From Bryobacterales bacterium (GTDB taxonomy: Bacteria; Acidobacteriota; Terriglobia; Bryobacterales; Bryobacteraceae): DNA of 64,000 nt. Below the pieces are notes generated by a model, which did no database searches, was not told the DNA's origin, and saw nothing but the letters and a program-made list of their open reading frames with translations. A program made the position numbers and the translations under genes. Of the stretch, positions 62,154 through 64,000 are shown one piece after another (the first letter of the stretch is position 1; the number at the start of each line of letters is the position of its first letter). The stretch covers positions 3,955 to 67,954 of the forward strand of contig JBBQGC010000016.1 of the NCBI GenBank assembly GCA_038322705.1, written 5' to 3'.

Positions 62154-64000
62154 CTAAAACGTCAGCTTTAACGCGAGTTGCAACACGCGCCAGCTCTCGC
62201 CGTTCTGATTCGTCGTCGATGAGCTCGCCGTCGACAGAGTGACGCAGCACGCCTGGCCGAACACTCCGGAGGTAATCGCCGGGCTGCCTACGCTCGCGTC
62301 GCGCGGATTGCGGAAATTCGGATGGTTCAGCGCGTTGAACGCTTCAGCGCGAAACACCATCCGCATCCCTTCCGTGATCCGGAAGCCCTTCGTCAGCCCG
62401 GCATCCAGATTCCAGTAGCTCGGACCCTGGAAGATGTTCCGCCCCAGCCCCAGCTCGCCCGGCGCTGGGAACGTGAACGCGTCCGAGTTCTGGAAGAACA
62501 CCGGCCCGATCACGCCTTCCTTGGCCTGCAGTTTCGCCTCAGGCAACGCAACGCCCGGCTTCAGCGCTGCACGGGATTGCGCGCTGAAATTCGCGGTCAG
62601 CACGCCTGAACGCACTGAGAACGGCTCGCCCGATTGATACGTGTAGATACCATTCGTACTCCAACCGCCAATGAGTGCGTCCGTGAAACGGTTCGGGCTA
62701 CCAAACAGCTTCTTGCCGTGTCCAAAAGGCAGCTCGTAAATGCCCGTGATATTCAGCACGTGGCGCTGATCGAAATCGGAGCGCGCCCGCTCATTACGGT
62801 AATTGCGGGCATCGGCCGGAGTACGGGAGTTAGTAGTCGTCAAGGCGCCGCCCACGCTGGAGAGCACTGGATCGATTGACAGGTTATCGATTGACTTACT
62901 CAGCGTATAACTCGCATTCAACAGCAAGCCGGCCGCGTCGAAACGTTTCCGAAACGTCATTTGCGCAGCGTGATAATTCGAATCCCCGCCATTATCGATA
63001 ACGAGAATCTGTCCGAATTGTTGATTCCGCCGGAGGTGCGCGGCGAGAGTAGTCTGCTCGATCCTGCCCGCGAAATTACCCGCCGCGTTCTGATTCAGGT
63101 CGGTTTGTGTGGTCGCCGAATTCAGGAACGTCGAGTTAACGATTCCCTGCTGCAGAAGCGCGACCGGAGCTGCACCGGGACACGCCGTCCCGTTCGCGAG
63201 CGTTCCGTCCGGACGGCACCCGTTACCCAGGCGGAAGTTGTTCTGAAGCGCGAGAAACGATGGCAGAATCGGGGCGGCATCGATCTGATTGGCATCCCGG
63301 GACCGGTACAAACGGGTGCCGCGCCGCCCTACGTAACCGGCCGAAACAACATATCCCGCCGGCAGCTCATGTTGCACCGTGAAGTTCCACATGTGCACGG
63401 TGGGAAGACGCAGGTTCGGGTCAAACACGCGTGCCGCGGGCGCGTTGGAGAGCACCTGAGCGGGCGGCGTCAAAAAAGTGGACGGCTTCCCGGTCGGAGG
63501 TGACAGCTCATTGATGAATCCAGCCCCGAGCCGCACGTCGGCCACAGCCTGGCAACCGGGCGTGGTAACCAGCGCGCCGTTGGTTCCGCTGAACGACGAG
63601 CTGCACGTGAAGGTCTGGCCCGGTACTGCCGTGGCAACCGATGTAACCTGGAAGCTGTTCAGCGGATCGAAGGCCATACCGTAGCCCGTACGAATCACCG
63701 TGTGCGACGATTTGTCCGGCGACCAGGTAATTCCCACTCGCGGCGCGACGGCGCCCCAGTTGAAATTCTGAAACCAGCGGTCAGCGTGCACGAATGTGAC
63801 CGGCCCCTGGCTGCCGTCAATGTTCTTGTTCGGTACATATACCCGCCCTCCCGCTTCCGACGGCGGCGGGTTCACTTCCCAGCGCAATCCATAATGCAGA
63901 GTCAAGTTTCTGCGCAATTTCCACTCATCTTGAGCAAAGAAGTTATACTGTTTCGCGCGCTGGCCTTGAGCCCACAATGTCACGCTCTTCGGCCCCGAGC
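62154..64000 (-). CDS. TonB-dependent receptor, C-terminal barrel portion (5' end beyond window)
   Basis: Ends ...LQLALKLTF. Barrel repeats are similar to the other two receptors. The frame stays open to base 64000. Confidence 0.85.
   Translation of the reverse strand, partial: SGPKSVTLWAQGQRAKQYNFFAQDEWKLRRNLTLHYGLRWEVNPPPSEAGGRVYVPNKNIDGSQGPVTFVHADRWFQNFNWGAVAPRVGITWSPDKSSHTVIRTGYGMAFDPLNSFQVTSVATAVPGQTFTCSSSFSGTNGALVTTPGCQAVADVRLGAGFINELSPPTGKPSTFLTPPAQVLSNAPAARVFDPNLRLPTVHMWNFTVQHELPAGYVVSAGYVGRRGTRLYRSRDANQIDAAPILPSFLALQNNFRLGNGCRPDGTLANGTACPGAAPVALLQQGIVNSTFLNSATTQTDLNQNAAGNFAGRIEQTTLAAHLRRNQQFGQILVIDNGGDSNYHAAQMTFRKRFDAAGLLLNASYTLSKSIDNLSIDPVLSSVGGALTTTNSRTPADARNYRNERARSDFDQRHVLNITGIYELPFGHGKKLFGSPNRFTDALIGGWSTNGIYTYQSGEPFSVRSGVLTANFSAQSRAALKPGVALPEAKLQAKEGVIGPVFFQNSDAFTFPAPGELGLGRNIFQGPSYWNLDAGLTKGFRITEGMRMVFRAEAFNALNHPNFRNPRDASVGSPAITSGVFGQACCVTLSTASSSTTNQNGESWRVLQLALKLTF

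Overview
This is a GC-rich (judged by eye, not computed) chromosomal segment that looks like Acidobacteriota of the Solibacter/Bryobacter type. Three things support that: three TonB-dependent receptors with the acidobacterial CarboxypepD_reg-type N-terminus; a 1206-aa secreted protein ending in the Solibacter-type C-terminal domain (TIGR03437, accession from memory); and a PEP-CTERM protein. I support about 55 protein genes. Housekeeping genes (metH, ligA, ispG, pyrF, selD, xth, bfr, an M16 peptidase pair, tonB) are interspersed with envelope and accessory genes. I saw no rRNA, tRNA, CRISPR array, transposase or integrase. Main observations: (1) A Tat-signal protein with 24 cysteines sits divergent from a MauE-TlpA-TlpA fusion oxidoreductase and is followed by TPR/CBM and Wzy_C membrane proteins; this is the best candidate for an undescribed system. 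(2) selD is a UGA-recoded selenoprotein with a SECIS-like hairpin, and the ORF track truncates it. (3) A Wzt ABC ATPase is paired with a WbdD-like methyltransferase-coiled-coil protein, with no Wzm and a 3 x 39-bp tandem repeat between them. (4) A perfect sigma-54 -24/-12 promoter with upstream palindromes precedes a stand-alone ClpB-D2-like AAA+ ATPase. (5) An FkbH/ACP/GNAT/beta-propeller/GT9-like cluster lacks any PKS. (6) There are four toxin-antitoxin loci, three of them with a decayed toxin. (7) At least eight single-base frame breaks were found, mostly 1-nt deletions, three of them repairable at 2-3-nt base runs. These may be assembly indels rather than true pseudogenes. All family assignments come from motif recognition by eye; no searches were run.
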